248,000 nucleotides of DNA, taken from Rhodosorus marinus CCMP1338 (Eukaryota > Plantae > Rhodophyta). The DNA lies in assembly GCA_029953675.1 (NCBI GenBank), contig JAMWBK010000004.1, forward strand, positions 1,012,001 through 1,260,000. The letters run 5' to 3'. Shown here piece by piece: positions 1-14,129 of the stretch. Numbering within the stretch: position 1 is the stretch's first letter; every line of letters begins with the position of its first letter. Below the pieces are notes generated by a model. The model saw only the letters and a list, made by a program, of their open reading frames with translations. It had not been told where the DNA came from and searched no databases. Made by a program: the position numbers and the translations under genes.

Positions 1-899
1 CTCATATACCGCGCATGCGACAACGTGAGGGCGTGAGCGCCGGCGAATACGCCACGGAATTCAAGATAACGCTGGAGCGCTCGCCCCCAAACCTGGGCTA
101 CCAGCCGCGCTCGAACAACGAAAAGCTCGTATCAAAGTTAAAACCATATAGTCACGTATGTGTTGGGATCTTGGACTTACCCTCGGGATAGTTAGAGGAG
201 GTAGGATCGGATCGACTGTTGGTTTATTTGTACAGTCGTCGACCTTGACTTGGGTTAATGTTCGTGGCAATTAGTAATAGCCGTTATTAGATTAGAATCC
301 CGCTGAAGACTACATTAGAGTTGCTTGGAGGCGAGACATATACGTTTAGAATCTGAGCCGACTTAGAAGAATTGGAGCAAACCCTGCGGGACCCATATAA
401 ACCAATTTCGTTCGCATACTAGTAAGGGATCTTCCAAGGTAAGTAGTAAATTGTCATATACTCGAAAGGCATCGTATGCTCATACACCTTATGTTCCAAT
501 ATGTTCAGGAGATCTGGCCTGTGGGAGTCTTTCGGAAAATGGAGGGCAAAAATTTGAACAAACCCTGGTGTTTGAATGTCCTATATCCTCTTGATTATCC
601 ATTTATTCCGAACCAACCACACTTGATGGCTTCTAGGATCACCATATATACAATTCCAGTCTCCGAGATCCTTGGACTTACGGAAAACGTTCATGCATGT
701 GCATGCGTGCAAAATCCCTAATCCAACCCTACCTTGATCCCTAATACTCTATTAGCTGACAAAATACGGGTCACTACTGGTGACTACAGTGGCTCTGTCA
801 TAGTAACCCTGTTCGTCACTTAGCCATTCGTTCGTTCATCACTAAGTCCGACTTCTATAGAAACTCCCCGACAAAGCCCTGTCAAAATAAGGATCTTGA

Positions 900-2930
900 T
901 TGGTTGTTGGCCTTCTCGATTGACCAATGGGAGTCTCACAGGTTCCAGCCTTTCATTGTTGGAAACCTTTGAGCATCTGGAAAATTCAAGCTTGGAATCG
1001 CTTGGTAAGCGTTTCACCGAACATCCTGAAAAATATCTGGTGCTCCTCCGCTGTTTGAGTATCGCATTCTGGCGGTATTCTAGCAACATGCTCGCCGAGG
1101 CGCCACCGTTGCTTGGGCTTACATGCTCTTCTTCCTAGCCCCTAGTTTCCTTTTAGGGTTTGCGTGGCGCGTCAGGCTATCCTAGTAAAACCACGCTTGT
1201 GGCTACCACTTCCTGGGTTCCTGCGGACTGTTGCGAGGTCTCCGTACGAGGCGTCACACTCGCCTCAAGTACATCCTCAGCGAATTTTTGACTCGGATAG
1301 GGCATACGGTTGAGGTTGAGTCGGAACTGCCCAGATCAATCTCGGACTCTGCACCGCCCCGTTGTATAGCCGATCTCCTCGTCTCTGACGCTGCTGCCAG
1401 ACGCTCAACATATGTGGACCTTGCGATTACCTGCCCCGTGGCCAGCGCCCACCTCACCGCAGCCGCCCGCCGCCGGGGGGCCGCGGCTTCAGCCCTTCGA
1501 AGAGTTAAGGAACGACGGTATGCTGAGAGCATGGCCAGTCTGCCTTGCGCTGAGGGTCGCTCTCACCGGTTCCAGCCATTCATTGTGCAAAGCTTTGGTC
1601 ACGTCGATAAGTCGGGTTTAGAGTGGTTGCGGAAATGTTTTGCTGAGCATCCTACTGAATACTTGGCGCTCTTGAGGCGTTTAAGTGTCTCCCTTTGGCG
1701 ATATTCCAGCGACATGCTTTCCGAGGCGCGCCATCGGCGCCTGGGGTTGCATACTTCCCTCCCTAGTTATTAGTTCATCTTCACGCCTTGCGTAGCGCTT
1801 AAGGCTATGCTAGTAAAGTCCAGTAAAACCACATGTGGATAAGTCGAGTTTAGAGTGGTTGCGGAAATATCTCGCTGAGCATCCTACTGAGTACTTGGTG
1901 CTTTTACGGCGTTTGAGTGTCGCCCTGTGGCGATATTCTAGCAGCATGCTTGCTGAGGCGCGCCTTCGGCGCCTGGGTTTGCACGCTTCCCTCCCTAGTT
2001 CTTAGTTCGTTTTCACGCCTTGCGTAGCGCTTCAGGCTATGCTAGTAAAGCCCAGTAAAACCACCTATGGAAGTTCCCAGATCTGGACTTATCACCAGAC
2101 CCCCGTGAACATGGAAGGCATTCACGTGGAGCTTCAGGGGATCATTCGTTGGTGGTTTTACTGGTTTTTACTGATGCGTTACGGCAAGGCGTAAAAGGAA
2201 ACCTGGCGCTAGAATAGCGCCAGAGAGCAACACTTAAACGGAGGAGGAGCACCAGACATTCTTCAGGATGTTCGGTAAAACATTTACGCAGCCGCTCCAA
2301 GCTAGACTTTTGCAGATGCCCAATGCTTTCCACAATGAAAGGCTGGAACCTGTGGGACCGGCCCTCTTCCCGGGGAAAACTGGCAATGCTCTCAGCGTAC
2401 CGTCGATCCTTCACGCGGCGAAGTACAGAAGCTGCTGCCTCCCCTGCAGAGAGCGGCAGAAGGGAGATAGGTACCGGACACGGGGCAAGTGACAGCGAGC
2501 TCCACATATGCTGAGCGTTTGACGGCTGCGTCCGATACCAGGAGATCTGCGATGCAACGAGGAGAGGTGGTTGCGGAGGGTGTACCAGGCAGTGCCGATT
2601 CCACCTCGACCGTGTAGCCAACTCCTGTCAAGTGCTCGCTCAGGATATATTTCAGAGACGAGTGTCTCTTGGTGCGATGACCTCGCAGCAGTCCACACGA
2701 GCCCAGAAAATGGTACCACATCAGTCGATACGGCTAGCACAACCTTGGCAGACGGAAGGGCGATTGGAAGACCAAGCGGCCCGTGGCAAACCCAGGTAGA
2801 TGTGTGGCGCGGTCCGGAACTGGAGGCGTTCAGGCGTTGGCCCGGTGATGAGGGCAGAGTAGTTAGCCATGAGTGGGATAGATGAGCTCCCATGCCCCCT
2901 TAGACGAGCCCTCGATAGGTGCAGCGTGTA
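900..2930. mobile_element. Cluster of 5'-truncated CRE-like family B 3' fragments (RLE domain and 3' tail), both orientations
   Basis: ORF 1231..1773 has RHTR, ADL..YVDL and FQPFIVxSFG RLE motifs; 3' ends read GCGTAGCGC..GGCTATGCTAGTAAAG; an older copy lies on the minus strand at 2142-2893. Confidence 0.9.
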
Positions 2931-3299
2931 AACAAAACAGGGGTTTGTGCCTTTTGCTCGTTATGTCTCGCTCTAATTCTTCTCTTCGAATCTCCCTCAC
3001 TAGTATACCAATGAGTTTCCTCTAAGTCACCTCAGGGCCTACTCGTGCATGTCCGTAGGCACGTCAGGGGCTTGTGCTGGGGTGGAAACTTTACCAGCAA
3101 CTCTGACACAGTCTTCATGGGGTGGGAGTCGCTTCGATTGTACACGTTTGCTAGCATTGATCAGTCGCATTCTAATATTTATAGCAGGGTTGTTCCAAGT
3201 GGGTCGGGTCTTTCGCTGGTTACCACGCAGAAGTGGTCAACCCCCGAAAACAGGGGGGTTTAAGAGGGGGAGTGAGGAGGGTGTGGGGCGGGGAATACA

Positions 3300-3665
3300 A
3301 GCGCAACGTAAGTGGGCAAATAGACGATTCCAGTGCTAGCAGATTGGTTCCGAAGGCAATAGTATATACAGATCGTACTGTGTGTCTTCGACGGGTAAAG
3401 GAAAATGACTTCCAATTTGTACCCTTCGCCGTCGAAGGGTTTGGACGACTCGGGCAAGCGGTCCAAGACTTCATTACCGAAGCTACCGCAAATCTTGAGC
3501 ACAAAGCGGACCGGCAAACGCTCATTCGCGTGGACATTAATCGAGAGCTATGGCGAGGCACGGCTCGCTCGGCCATCCATGCCATGCGCAAAGATAATCA
3601 TGTTCGGACGCTGTTCCCTATAGAAAGTAGTCTTCTACCCCACTCTGGGGTCTCCTTAGCCTAGC
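3300..3665 (+). mobile_element. CRE-like family C RLE 3' fragment
   Basis: FQFVPFAVEGFGRLG..INRELWRG matches the family C RLE at 58562..59911. Confidence 0.7.
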
Positions 3666-3759
3666 CCCTCCTGTTTTCCTTTTACGTCTCTCTAGCGCTA
3701 CATTCGGTAGATGGTATAAACGGAAAAAGGGAAAATGGCAAGCGCACTCCTAAACATGT

Positions 3760-4910
3760 TGACGTTAGCTTACAGGATGCGCAGGAACAGGAACAATGGA
3801 ATAGATTTGACTTCAGGCATGTGGCAACGGAGAGCCAGACAGTGGATGTATTAACAAAGTCTCTGAGCAGTGTGCCGCTCGAGAAACACAGAGGACTTAC
3901 AAGCATTAGAAGTGATTCGTAGTTTGTCAGCTGCAAGAGCAATGAGGATTAAGCCTGAGTAGGATTAGGGTTTTTGTACGTTTGCATCTGCACGAACGTA
4001 AGTCCCAAGATCTCGGAGGCTGTAGGAGCATACACGTTGCTTCAAGAGGTCGGCAAAGTGCGTTTGGTACTACGAGACGGTTGATGATGTGACATTAAAT
4101 GAGACTCATAGACCTCGAATTTCCACCATCTACAAGTGGGCAATAGGCGATTCCTGTGCGTAGGTTGAACATTTGGTGGGTGTGCAATGAAATTTTAATG
4201 AGTATCCTCGGCTTTTAGTTGTTTTGGTATTGGAAATTTGTAACTGTTTTCCAGGGTACAGGGGGTTTCTGACTTTCAGAATCGCACTTTTTTATTGAGG
4301 GGAGCGCGGCAGACCAGAACAGCAGTGAGGGAATCTTGGTCGATTGGAAAACGGTCCGGTGTCAGGATGGGGAAGCAGTTTGCGGAGGTGGTCAAACAGA
4401 GAGGACAAGGGATCCACAGGGTGTGAGTAGAAGAATTACTTGACTCGGGCTTGGGAGCATTCCCCAGATTGCAGATGATTAAGTTTCTTGCAGGAAGTGG
4501 GATCATCGTTCTTTTCACAAGAGCAATGGAAGGCTGAGGGAGAGTCATGAAATAAAAGCGGAGGCAGCAAGTCCTAGTTTGTGAACATCAAATCTTTGTG
4601 GACCCTTTTTCCATGGACCAGCTTGTGGACTTCGTTTCTCTGGCTAGAAGGTATTTCTCATCAGTATCCATGGTATTCAATAAGCATAATTCCTCAGCTT
4701 TTGTGTTTCAAGTTGCACGAGCTTTGATGCTTTTCTGGGAAGTATCTGAAATAAAGAGTTCAGCAACATGTTCATTTGTCGGCGGAGGCTTTCCGGTTCT
4801 GTGCCGTGAAGCAGCGTTTCCTGTTTTGAACTGGAAATCTGCTGCGTGATCATAGCGATCAACACTTCTCCTAGAGGCAAGAAGGCTTCGATCCGGTCCC
4901 AAAATGTTCA
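3760..4910. mobile_element. Copia RNaseH/LTR remnant followed by a probable Gypsy 3' remnant
   Basis: RHVATESQTVDVLTKS RNaseH motif; LTR-like sequence shared with 29.7k and 32.1k; 4.3-4.9k is similar to 18.9-19.5k, next to a Gypsy integrase remnant. Confidence 0.55.
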
Positions 4911-6605
4911 CCTTTTATCCGCTCTCGGATTTCCGCATCCCTCACATATTAACATCTGACCGGCGAAGTGCAAGCGAGGAGGAACTTGAGAACGATGGAT
5001 TATGTTTAGATGGCATTTTGCTAGGCATCCTCGACATTTCTTGCTCTGTATTGCCATTGTTGTAGGCTCTCCTGGAAGATCCTGGAGGATAAGCAACTTC
5101 CACCAACGTACAGACGGAGTGAGAGGAATTCAGCATCGAAAAGTTGATTGGGCATGCAGTCATTATCGTCGTGTTGATTGTTGAATCTCGTACCGAATCT
5201 CAACCCAGCGGTGGGTGGCAGGTGTTCGGTGCGTGCGGTTCCTGGCCTACTCTGGTACGGGGCATTGACGGTTGGCCGCCAACGTAGGGCTTGAAGTCTG
5301 GCGTTCAACGCATGCAACTCTTCCTTCCGAGTTTCATACGTGTACAGCTCTTCCACGAGATGGAAGAAGCGACGGATCTCGGCTGTCGGAGTCCGAGTTG
5401 CAGGTAGGCGGGTGTCAGTGCCGAGCATCGGGCGAGGAAAATTTTGGGCATCAAAACAGTCCCCATTTGGCGTAGTAGCTTCTAGGTTTGCGCTGTGATT
5501 AGAGGAAAGGGGCAAGGGTACCTCTGCCAATTCTTGCACCGCCGGCTGACCTCCTTCCGTCATGTTCCCAGTTGCACTTGCCGTAGAACTTGCCGTGGAG
5601 AGGGGTTGTATTCCCAGAGGATGTCCGTTGGCAATATCCACCCCCACGAACTCTTCGTCTCGTACAGCTCCTCACCTACTTGTTGGTCTTTGATCTCCAC
5701 TTTCTTAAAACGCTAAAGACCTCGTCGGGGTCGGGTTGTTTATGCATATGGAGGGAGCTAGAGCAATTCCTGCTAGTTTTTCTCTAGCCTTAGCCGAGTT
5801 CGCCAACTTCGAGGCCAGTCTTTTGGGCCCCCTTTGAACTCGTACATGCGCCTACGAGTAGAGCATGTCAGAACGATAGCCGTTCCCATTGGCAAACATT
5901 ATACCGACTCCCGCCACTATATTGAAATACGAAAGAAACCTATATTCAGTCTGTATGAACAACAGGAGGCATCCGGTTCATTTTTACCATTCATACTCCC
6001 TTAACAACTTTAAATACTTATCATTGGTAGTCATTGCTCTAATAAAAGAACAAAATAGCATATGCTTAAAAATACTAACTTATACAATTTAACCGTTTTC
6101 GTTTCATCCAATGCATTGCCGCGAAAGTGCACATTAGCTAATCATTGAATTGCGCCCCAAAAATTCAAACCAATCCTGTTCAAAGGCAAGGCTTTGTTTT
6201 CCACTGCATAGTCGATTCCGGGCAAAATGAACACGAGTTGGTAACCGCGTTTTTGAGGTGGGTGGGTAGTAAACGGGTATTTCCATCTCCTGGAAATTTG
6301 GGGAAATTTTGGTATCCAACGGAGGGTGGGGCAAATCCGAAATATTTCGCATCAGTACTCCTCGGCCGAGGGTGGGCTATTCATTTCCTGCAAAAAACCC
6401 TATTTTATGGCCAATTCATTCATTAATTTATAGCGCATCTGCTAACAGAAAATTGTTGAGAGTTCCTTAATTAAACAAATTTATTCCTATATCACATATC
6501 AAAAATAAAATAAAAACTGTTTCTATTTCAATTATACCATAGATAGAACGTATTTAGTTGATAAAGGAACGGTATCATATTTTTATTTTGAATATATTTA
6601 TTATT

Positions 6606-7664
6606 ATGCTTTCGAAAGGCTTGCGCCAGGATGCGCGGTCCGAAGAGAGTACTAAGGCAACTTCTGGGGGTCTGGAGCCTGGGGAGGGAGCAGGGCTGGA
6701 AAGGGGGAGGGGGTGGGGGAAGATGGGGAAGGGTTGGACTGCTGACGACATTCCCGATCTCGACGGGAAAGTTGCGATTGTGACTGGATCGAACCATGGA
6801 ATTGGGAGAGAGATTGCGAAAAGACTTGCGGAGCACAATGCGACGACTGTGATGGCATGTAGAACGGCTCAGAAGGCTGAAATAGCGAAACAGGAGTTGC
6901 TGGAGGAGATAGGAGAGGAGAAGCATCTTGTGGTGTTGACTTTGGACGTTTCCTCGCTTGAATCTATTAGAAATTTTTCAAGAGAGTTCTCGTCCAAGTA
7001 CAAGCGGTTGGACGTACTGATGGAGAACGCCGGTCAGCTGACGTTTGGTCCGAGACAGGAGAGTGTAGACGGACTCGAGCTGCAGCTTGCGACCAACCAC
7101 GTGGGTCAGTTTGCGCTTGCCACTCACCTAATGTCGATGCTCACGAAGACGGAAGGGAGCCGCCTTGTCACACAAAGTAGCTCTGCCAGCTGGATAGGCA
7201 AGTTTGATTGGGATAACCTGCAGGGAGAGAAGACGTATAGCACCTGGAGCCAATATGCCATGACCAGGCTGGCCAATGTAGCTTTTGCAAAGGAGCTCAA
7301 CAGCAGACTCGAGGCATCTGGCAAGAGTTTCCCGACTGCTTATGCAGTCCATCCGGGATTCGTAATGAAGGAACTTGAACCGGGAGCCAGGCAGGGAATG
7401 TTGCAGAAGATCGGCTCTGCAGTTGTTTATCCGCTAGCCGGAACTTTGGAAACGGCCGCCAGGCCAGCCCTGTACGCATGTACAGCACCAGATATAACTC
7501 CCGGAGCCTTTTACGGACCCCAAGGCCCCATACCGATAATCAGCGCCATGAATGGTCAATATCCTGGAGAAAATTATTCTAATAAGATCGTTTTGGACGC
7601 GGACCAGAGGAGCAAGCTTTGGGAAGTCTCCGAGCAGCTTTGCAAAGCACAGTTGAAGATATAA
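6606..7664 (+). CDS. Short-chain dehydrogenase/reductase (retinol dehydrogenase/WWOX-like)
   Basis: WTADDIPDLDGKVAIVTGSNHGIG (TGxxxGxG), NAG, LQLATNHVGQF, YAMTR at the YxxxK position, VHPG. Confidence 0.9.
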   Translation: MLSKGLRQDARSEESTKATSGGLEPGEGAGLERGRGWGKMGKGWTADDIPDLDGKVAIVTGSNHGIGREIAKRLAEHNATTVMACRTAQKAEIAKQELLEEIGEEKHLVVLTLDVSSLESIRNFSREFSSKYKRLDVLMENAGQLTFGPRQESVDGLELQLATNHVGQFALATHLMSMLTKTEGSRLVTQSSSASWIGKFDWDNLQGEKTYSTWSQYAMTRLANVAFAKELNSRLEASGKSFPTAYAVHPGFVMKELEPGARQGMLQKIGSAVVYPLAGTLETAARPALYACTAPDITPGAFYGPQGPIPIISAMNGQYPGENYSNKIVLDADQRSKLWEVSEQLCKAQLKI

Positions 7665-7872
7665 GAAAACGGGCGGTACTGTGAATTAAGAAATATTTTA
7701 AGTACTATGCAACTAGTTTTAGCTAGCGTCTTTTTTTTCTTGCACAGTTGGGTCGGTGGTAGGGTCCTGCGCAAAGAGGTCCTAGCTGTTACAGGGGTGC
7801 ACGGTTGACAAAGTAGGTGTTTTGTACCTATTTCTTATGTCTCTTGTTACTTTATCTGAGAGTCTCCCTCAA

Positions 7873-10800
7873 TAGGATGACAAATGACCTTGGCTTATAT
7901 AGGCATCAGACTTGGTTAACGCTAATGCTTCGAAGTCGCTTCATGGTCTACACGTTGTGTGTCTCGATTCAACGGGTTACTTTCCATTCTAGAGCCTGCA
8001 CGCTCATTTGTCAGCCATCAACACGTTTCAGGGCCATGTGCCGGGATAGCAATTGTATCAGCAACTCTGACAAAGTCTCCATGCTGAAGGGAGTCGCTTC
8101 GATTGTACACGTTTGCGAACACTCCTCCTCGAAGTGTGCCCTTTGTTTAAGATTCTCAGCTTGGCTCTATGTCTGTTGAACTTCGTCGTTTCTAGCGGCT
8201 TGGTGAGTGTATCCGCGACTTGATCCTGGGTTGGGATGAATAGGAACTCGTAGCTTCCTTGGTCGTGTTGCTGTGGTGCAAATTGGTAATGAAGATCAAT
8301 ATGCTCAGGCAGCGGCTTTTCCGGGAATATACTCCAGGTGAGACAGGCCGTGTTGTCTGAGAAGACGTTGGTAGGTAATGCCGGCACATCAATCTCTGCC
8401 AGTAAATTCTTCACCCACTGTACTTTCTGAAGTCCGTGCGTCAGCGCGATGTATTCTGCTTCGCTTGATGAAGTCGCGATGATTGTCTGCTTTTTGCTAA
8501 TGTATGAGATCGGGTTTCCGCACAGGTACGCGACAGCACCGGTTACGGATTTTCGGTCCTTTGGTGATGCCCATGACGCGTCTACGTAAAGTGTGATCTC
8601 CTCCTGTTCTTGACAAAAGGGAGAAAACTAGTGTTGCGTTGGTTGCGCCTCGCAAGTACCTTAATATTCACTTTCCAGCTGACCAGTCGTCGCCGTTGAA
8701 ACGTTGCGCCTTTGTGGCTAGTAGCCTAACGGCGTACGTGATGTCGGGTCTGCTTCTTGTAGAAATGTACAGTAGGGCCGTGATGAGTTCACGGTAAGGG
8801 TACTCTTCTTGTCTTCCGGACTTATCCGTTGGTATATAGTCCTTTGTCATCGGCGTTGGTACTGGTTTGCTCTCGTTCATTCCGATTCTTCGAGTATTTT
8901 CTGAATGTACTTCTTCTGCCCCAAGGAGATGGTGGATGCGCTTGGGTCTCTCCCGATTTCTATGCCGAGGTATTCTCTCGCGGCGCCGAGGTCTTTCAGA
9001 TCGTACATGGAGGTTTAGCTGCTTCTTAACTTCTGCCAGCCGCTGTCTGCTTCCGATGATTAGGAAGTCGTCGACGTATACGAGTAGGTAGTCGCCTTCC
9101 TTTACGAACACGTACGGGTATGCAGTTGTTGCCTTGAAGCCATGACCTTGTAGATATTTCCTTAGCTTCTCGTACTATATGTTTTCTGATTGCTTTAAAC
9201 CACAGTCAATACCTCGGCATAGAAATCGGGAGAGACCCAAGCGCATCAAACATCTCCTTGGGGCAGAAGAGGTACATCCAGATACTCGAAGAATTCGGAA
9301 TGAACGAGAGCAAACCAGTGCCAACGCCGATGACAAAGGAATATATTCCAACATGTAAATCCGGAAGACAAGAAGAGGACCCTTACCGAGAACTCATCAC
9401 GGCCCTACTGTACTTTTCTCAGATAAAGTAACAAGAGACATAAGAGACAGGCACAAAACACCTACCAGTGCCAACGCCGATGACAGAGGACTACATACCA
9501 ACGGATAAGTGCGGAAGACAAGAAGAGACTTTTTTTGTTTTTTTCAAACGCAAAACTGGCTCAATACGAAGAAGAAAAGTGGTTTGATTTGGTGCAGCAG
9601 GACGGACGCCGTGGGATGCTTCCTTAGATGCCCAAATTTGGAAGGCCCTGACGACTATAACTACTGCAAATTCAGCATTATCGAACGACTCAAGCTGACT
9701 GGACTACATGACACCGTTTTTGGGCAGGGATAACATCGACAAAAGATTCCAAGCAGCGTCGCTCATAAAACTCAACCTTGGAGCCGAAGCGATGTTGATA
9801 GCGGAACAGACAACTGATGCAACAGAACTTATGAACAAACTGGAAAAGAAATACGTCACAAAAACAATAGCGTCACAAATCGAGAGGCAAGTGGAACTGC
9901 TCACAAGGAGAGTGAAACCGGATGAGACGACGCTAGGGCTACTCACTTGGCTCGAAGAATACTACTCTTAAGGTATTCAAACTCGACGCAACTGAGTACA
10001 AGGCCACACCGCGCTTGGGCCACGTATGCCTGATCCTGAAAGATGAAAGCGTTTTCGATGCAACAATCGAAGGCCTGAAGAACATCTCCAAGGAGCAACT
10101 GGACTGGGAAACCATGAGAGCGCGTCTGACCTTATTTGTCGCGGTAATTTTGAGACTCTTCGACCTCTTTCGCTGTTAACTCGTTATTTTCACGTTCTTC
10201 GGTGTTGTTGTCAGGTTTCACGTCCTCATTGTGGGGTCTGTGGTGGGTTTTGTGACCTGGTGTTTCTAGTTCGTCTTCGAGGCTCGATGGCTCCTGATTC
10301 CGACTCATGTAGTCCTTGGCTTCGACGTAGTCGATAGCTTCTTGAATGTCCGGTGTAAGTGCGGCTGGGGTTTTCTTCAGAGGGAAGGTTTCCTCCAGCA
10401 CTACGACGTCTTTCGTCCGAGTTGGATCAGGTGCTTGCTGCTTCGCTCACAGCGGAGTACAATCCCATGCATCGTTGGTACGTCGAGCTTGTCGCGTCGT
10501 ATGGTACCATCTTCCTTTGGTGCGTGCGCGATCGCTAGGCAGCGGAAGGGGTACATATTGTTGAAGTCGTCTTGCTTGCCGGTGAGTATTTCCACAACAG
10601 GCTATGAGCGCAGGGGCTTTTGTTGTTGCTTCGTCTTGGTCTTTCGTGCAGTATCCTTTCGATAATTTGTAGGGTCTCCGTGCAGGAGCTTTTTTCTCTA
10701 TGCCTGACTAGTACAGGAATACCCGCATGAGCATTAGGATGCTCCGATTGGCTCGCTCCGAGATCCCGTTCGTTTCCGCGCTGTATGGGGGCATCGTGTC

Positions 10801-11306
10801 CAGCGTGATCTCTAGCTTCTTGAGTTTTTCTTGCATGCCAAAGTATTCGCTTCCTCCGTCGGAATGGACGGTAATTATTCTTTGACCAGATAAGCGCTCG
10901 AAATACACCTTATACTCATCGAATCCCTCAGAGAAGTCGTTTTTTCTTAGTATTGGGTATATTTTTGTAAATCTCCATACTACGCCTGTAAAGGTAACCC
11001 ACTTCTGCTCCTTTCGCTCCTTTCGCTCCTTTCGATTTGGGCAGCTTTTCGCAGACGTCCGTGTGAATCACTAGGATAACAAATGATCTTGGCTTATATA
11101 GGCATCAGATTTGGTTAACCCCGATGCTTCGAAGTCACTTCATGGTCTACACGTGTGTGTCTCGCTTCAACTGGTTAGTTTCCATTCTAGAGCCTGCACG
11201 CTCATTCGTCAGCCATCAACACGTTTCAGGGCCATGTGCCGGGATAGCAATTGTATCAGCAACTCTGACAAAGTCTTCATGCTGAAGGGAGTCGCTTCGA
11301 TTGTAC
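7873..11306 (-). mobile_element. Rearranged Ty1/Copia LTR retrotransposon with about 240-bp LTRs (7873-8123, 11072-11306)
   Basis: Direct LTR-like repeats; RNaseH (SDNTAC..HIDLHYQF, QVADTLTK); RT (LLVYVDDFLI, TRSRPDITYAV); integrase (VHSDGGSEY, PPYSAETNGISERANR); PPT-like GAGGAGGAG before TGTT; part of RT and gag is inverted. Confidence 0.85.
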
Positions 11307-12577
11307 TTCTTTGCTAACAGCACAGAGGGATTTTCAACTGAAATATGGCGTAACAAATGCTCTCGGGTTGGTTTCGGTTGTCACCAACGTCTTCCGTTTC
11401 GTTGCGAGTGACTTCCCTTATAGAGTAGCACATGGGCGAGCTCTCACTCTCCCCAAGAGCAACAGAAACCGACGTTGCGGTAGCAAAGCGCTGGAGAACA
11501 ACTACGGCTCTCTAAATAGCTTTCTTGATCTCCTTCGAACTAAACATATGTCGAGAGACCGCGACAAGTTCGCGACAAGACTCTACTTTCAATACCACGC
11601 AGGGCGTCTTGAATCAATCAGTTAATTCGCATACTAACCAAACAAACGACCGTCAGGAGGGACGATTGACTGAATCCATTGAAAAACTATTTAATATTAA
11701 AATATGTATGGATATTGATAGAGTTGGATTTTTCTGAAATACGAAAAAAGACGGAATGGATTAGCTTGATTTTGTTTTCTCATCCACTGTCTTCAATTTG
11801 GTTTTACTGAAATGACTGAATGATTTTTTTAATCGGAGACTGAAAGGAAAACCCCGGGAAAGAAAAGACTACAAGCGGCGAAGATCGGGTGCCACCAACC
11901 TCAAAGCAGCGTTCACACGCCACAACAACAAATTTAAACGGGTAAACAACGAGGACAGGCTGTCAGGGAGTTCGCGGAACATTTCCCGAAGCCAACGAGA
12001 ACCAACGGGATGCATAAACCCAAAGCACTCGATGATCAGAGGTACCAGGCGATGAGCTAGAGCCGAAGCACGAATGCCTGGGAAATAAATAGCCGCTGCA
12101 TATTTGACCTGTTTCCGGCGTCCCACCTCATACTTGCGGCGGCAAATCCACGGCGCGCTCTCCCGCAGCCGGCGAATAACGACTAGCCTGAGGATTAGGA
12201 ACTGCAAGATCAACGTACAACGTACGTCGTACGGCAGCTATCGTCACAAGTTACCACGTGGTCAGACATCTTCGTTCGTCATCTTGGAAGTCTGCGACTG
12301 GCAGGCGTTTCTCACGTTCAATTTGAAGACATACGACTTGCGCTCTCAGAAAGAGCTTGGATGCCTAAATAGGCCAAAGGAGCTTGGGAGCTCATTTGGA
12401 TTTCATGCGCTAGGTTACTTCCCTTGTTTTCCTGCATTCCATCTACACTATAGGAACACAGGTAGTCTTTTCCCGAATAGACTGTATTCTCCGCACCATT
12501 TCTCCCGTAATCACGTGCCTCCTTCAGGAAAAGTTTGGTCTTCCCCTGCCCAACATTTAGATCCACGAAATCAATGG

Positions 12578-13364
12578 TCAGCGAGCCGATGACGACGTTG
12601 TAGCCATCGTAATCTCTATTTTATAATCGCCTGCATCTCGAGGAAAGATTAGCAGATAGTTGGAATTCGTTCCCCTCAAACGCTCGCTTCTGCAATCGCC
12701 CGGACACGGAGATTCTGGCTCACTATTTCCTTGATTGTACAAATTGACGAGAACTTGCCCTCTCTCACAAGTTTCCGACCTGTAGACCAGAGGCCGCAAT
12801 ATTACTCTCGCCGACGTCCCCAGAATGTTGATGACAACGGACTTGGTAGGAGCGCATTCAATATCCACCCTTGTCGTCGTCCCGACGTTTCCATTGACTT
12901 GGGACAACTGGTTCATCTCCAAGTGGAACACGTTATAGGCCGGGTGATTCGCCAGCAATTTCAGCTTGTTTCCGTCCTGTGTCGTCTCCCCTTGTGTTGA
13001 CAGCGAAACTGATCCCGTTCGTGTATCCATGCACCCCCCCCCACTGACTCTACAGTCCTGTTTACGCGGTTCATCATCAAGTCTGAGCAGCGACTCATCG
13101 TTGTACAGCCGCTCCGACAGCTCAACTGTTTGTGTCTGGAACCGACCCAAGTCTGCAGCAAGCCACGAATTCTCCGAGTTGACGATGCGTCCTGCATTCC
13201 TTTGCCTCAAATTCAGGTGCATCCCGTATGGAATTACTCTTCCATCTTCTGAAGTCGCATTCTCTGCCGTGGACTTCCCTCATCCTCACCCTGTCACCTG
13301 ATACCACACCACGTGGGAGTGGGCACCTGGCCGATGACCCGCTGATGGCTCCGAGAATGTTCAC
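12578..13364 (-). pseudogene. Possible remnant of a choice-of-anchor-A/ice-binding-like beta-solenoid protein
   Basis: YNVFHLEMNQLSQ..VDIECAPTKSVVINILG..VLVNL resembles the choice-of-anchor A pattern; frame broken, no clear start. Confidence 0.35.
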
Positions 13365-14129
13365 TAGATTTCTCGTCCTGCTGCCTTTTAACTACTAAGA
13401 GCGCAAAGATTTGATGCCCCCAACATCAAATCAGCTTTCATACGCCACAACAGGAAACTCAAACAGGTTAAGAACGAGGAGAGCCGGCCAGGGCGCTCGC
13501 GGAAAAAACGCCACAGTTTGTGGTTGCAAATAAATATTTGCAACCACAAACTGTGGCGCTAACGAAGACCAAGACAAATGGGGAATGTAAGGAGCTTCCT
13601 CAATGGGGTAGCAAACTAGACTCTAAGGGAAAACTATTGTTTGGAGACGAATCGCGTATCATCGCATTGGCAGCTGACGTTGCATTAGCGCACGAATCCA
13701 AATTACTTAATGACCAAAGGCACCAGCCGATGTACTAAAGCCGAAGCGCGAATTTCTGGGGTAGACAAACCCCCCTCGTATTTCACAGGTTGAGAGCGCC
13801 TATGGTGGCAGCATTGGCATCAAGGTGCTCCTCCGCCGCCGTCAGATAACGGTTATCCGGGGGTCTGGGTACAACAAGATCTACGTACGCCTTGCGACGA
13901 CCATGTTCGCAAGTGCAAGCGCAGTTATCAGATACTAACTACTCTGAGAGCACTAAAATACCAAAGACGCATGTAATGCGCTTCAAAGCCCATGGCGGCG
14001 TTCATGCGCCATAGCACGAAGCTCAGAGCCCTTTTCAGACCGGAGAGTGTATCCTGGCACTCACGGAGGCATTCTTTGAGCCAAACCACTCCCCTACCGT
14101 CCAGAAACCGAACGACTCAAATAGCAAAC

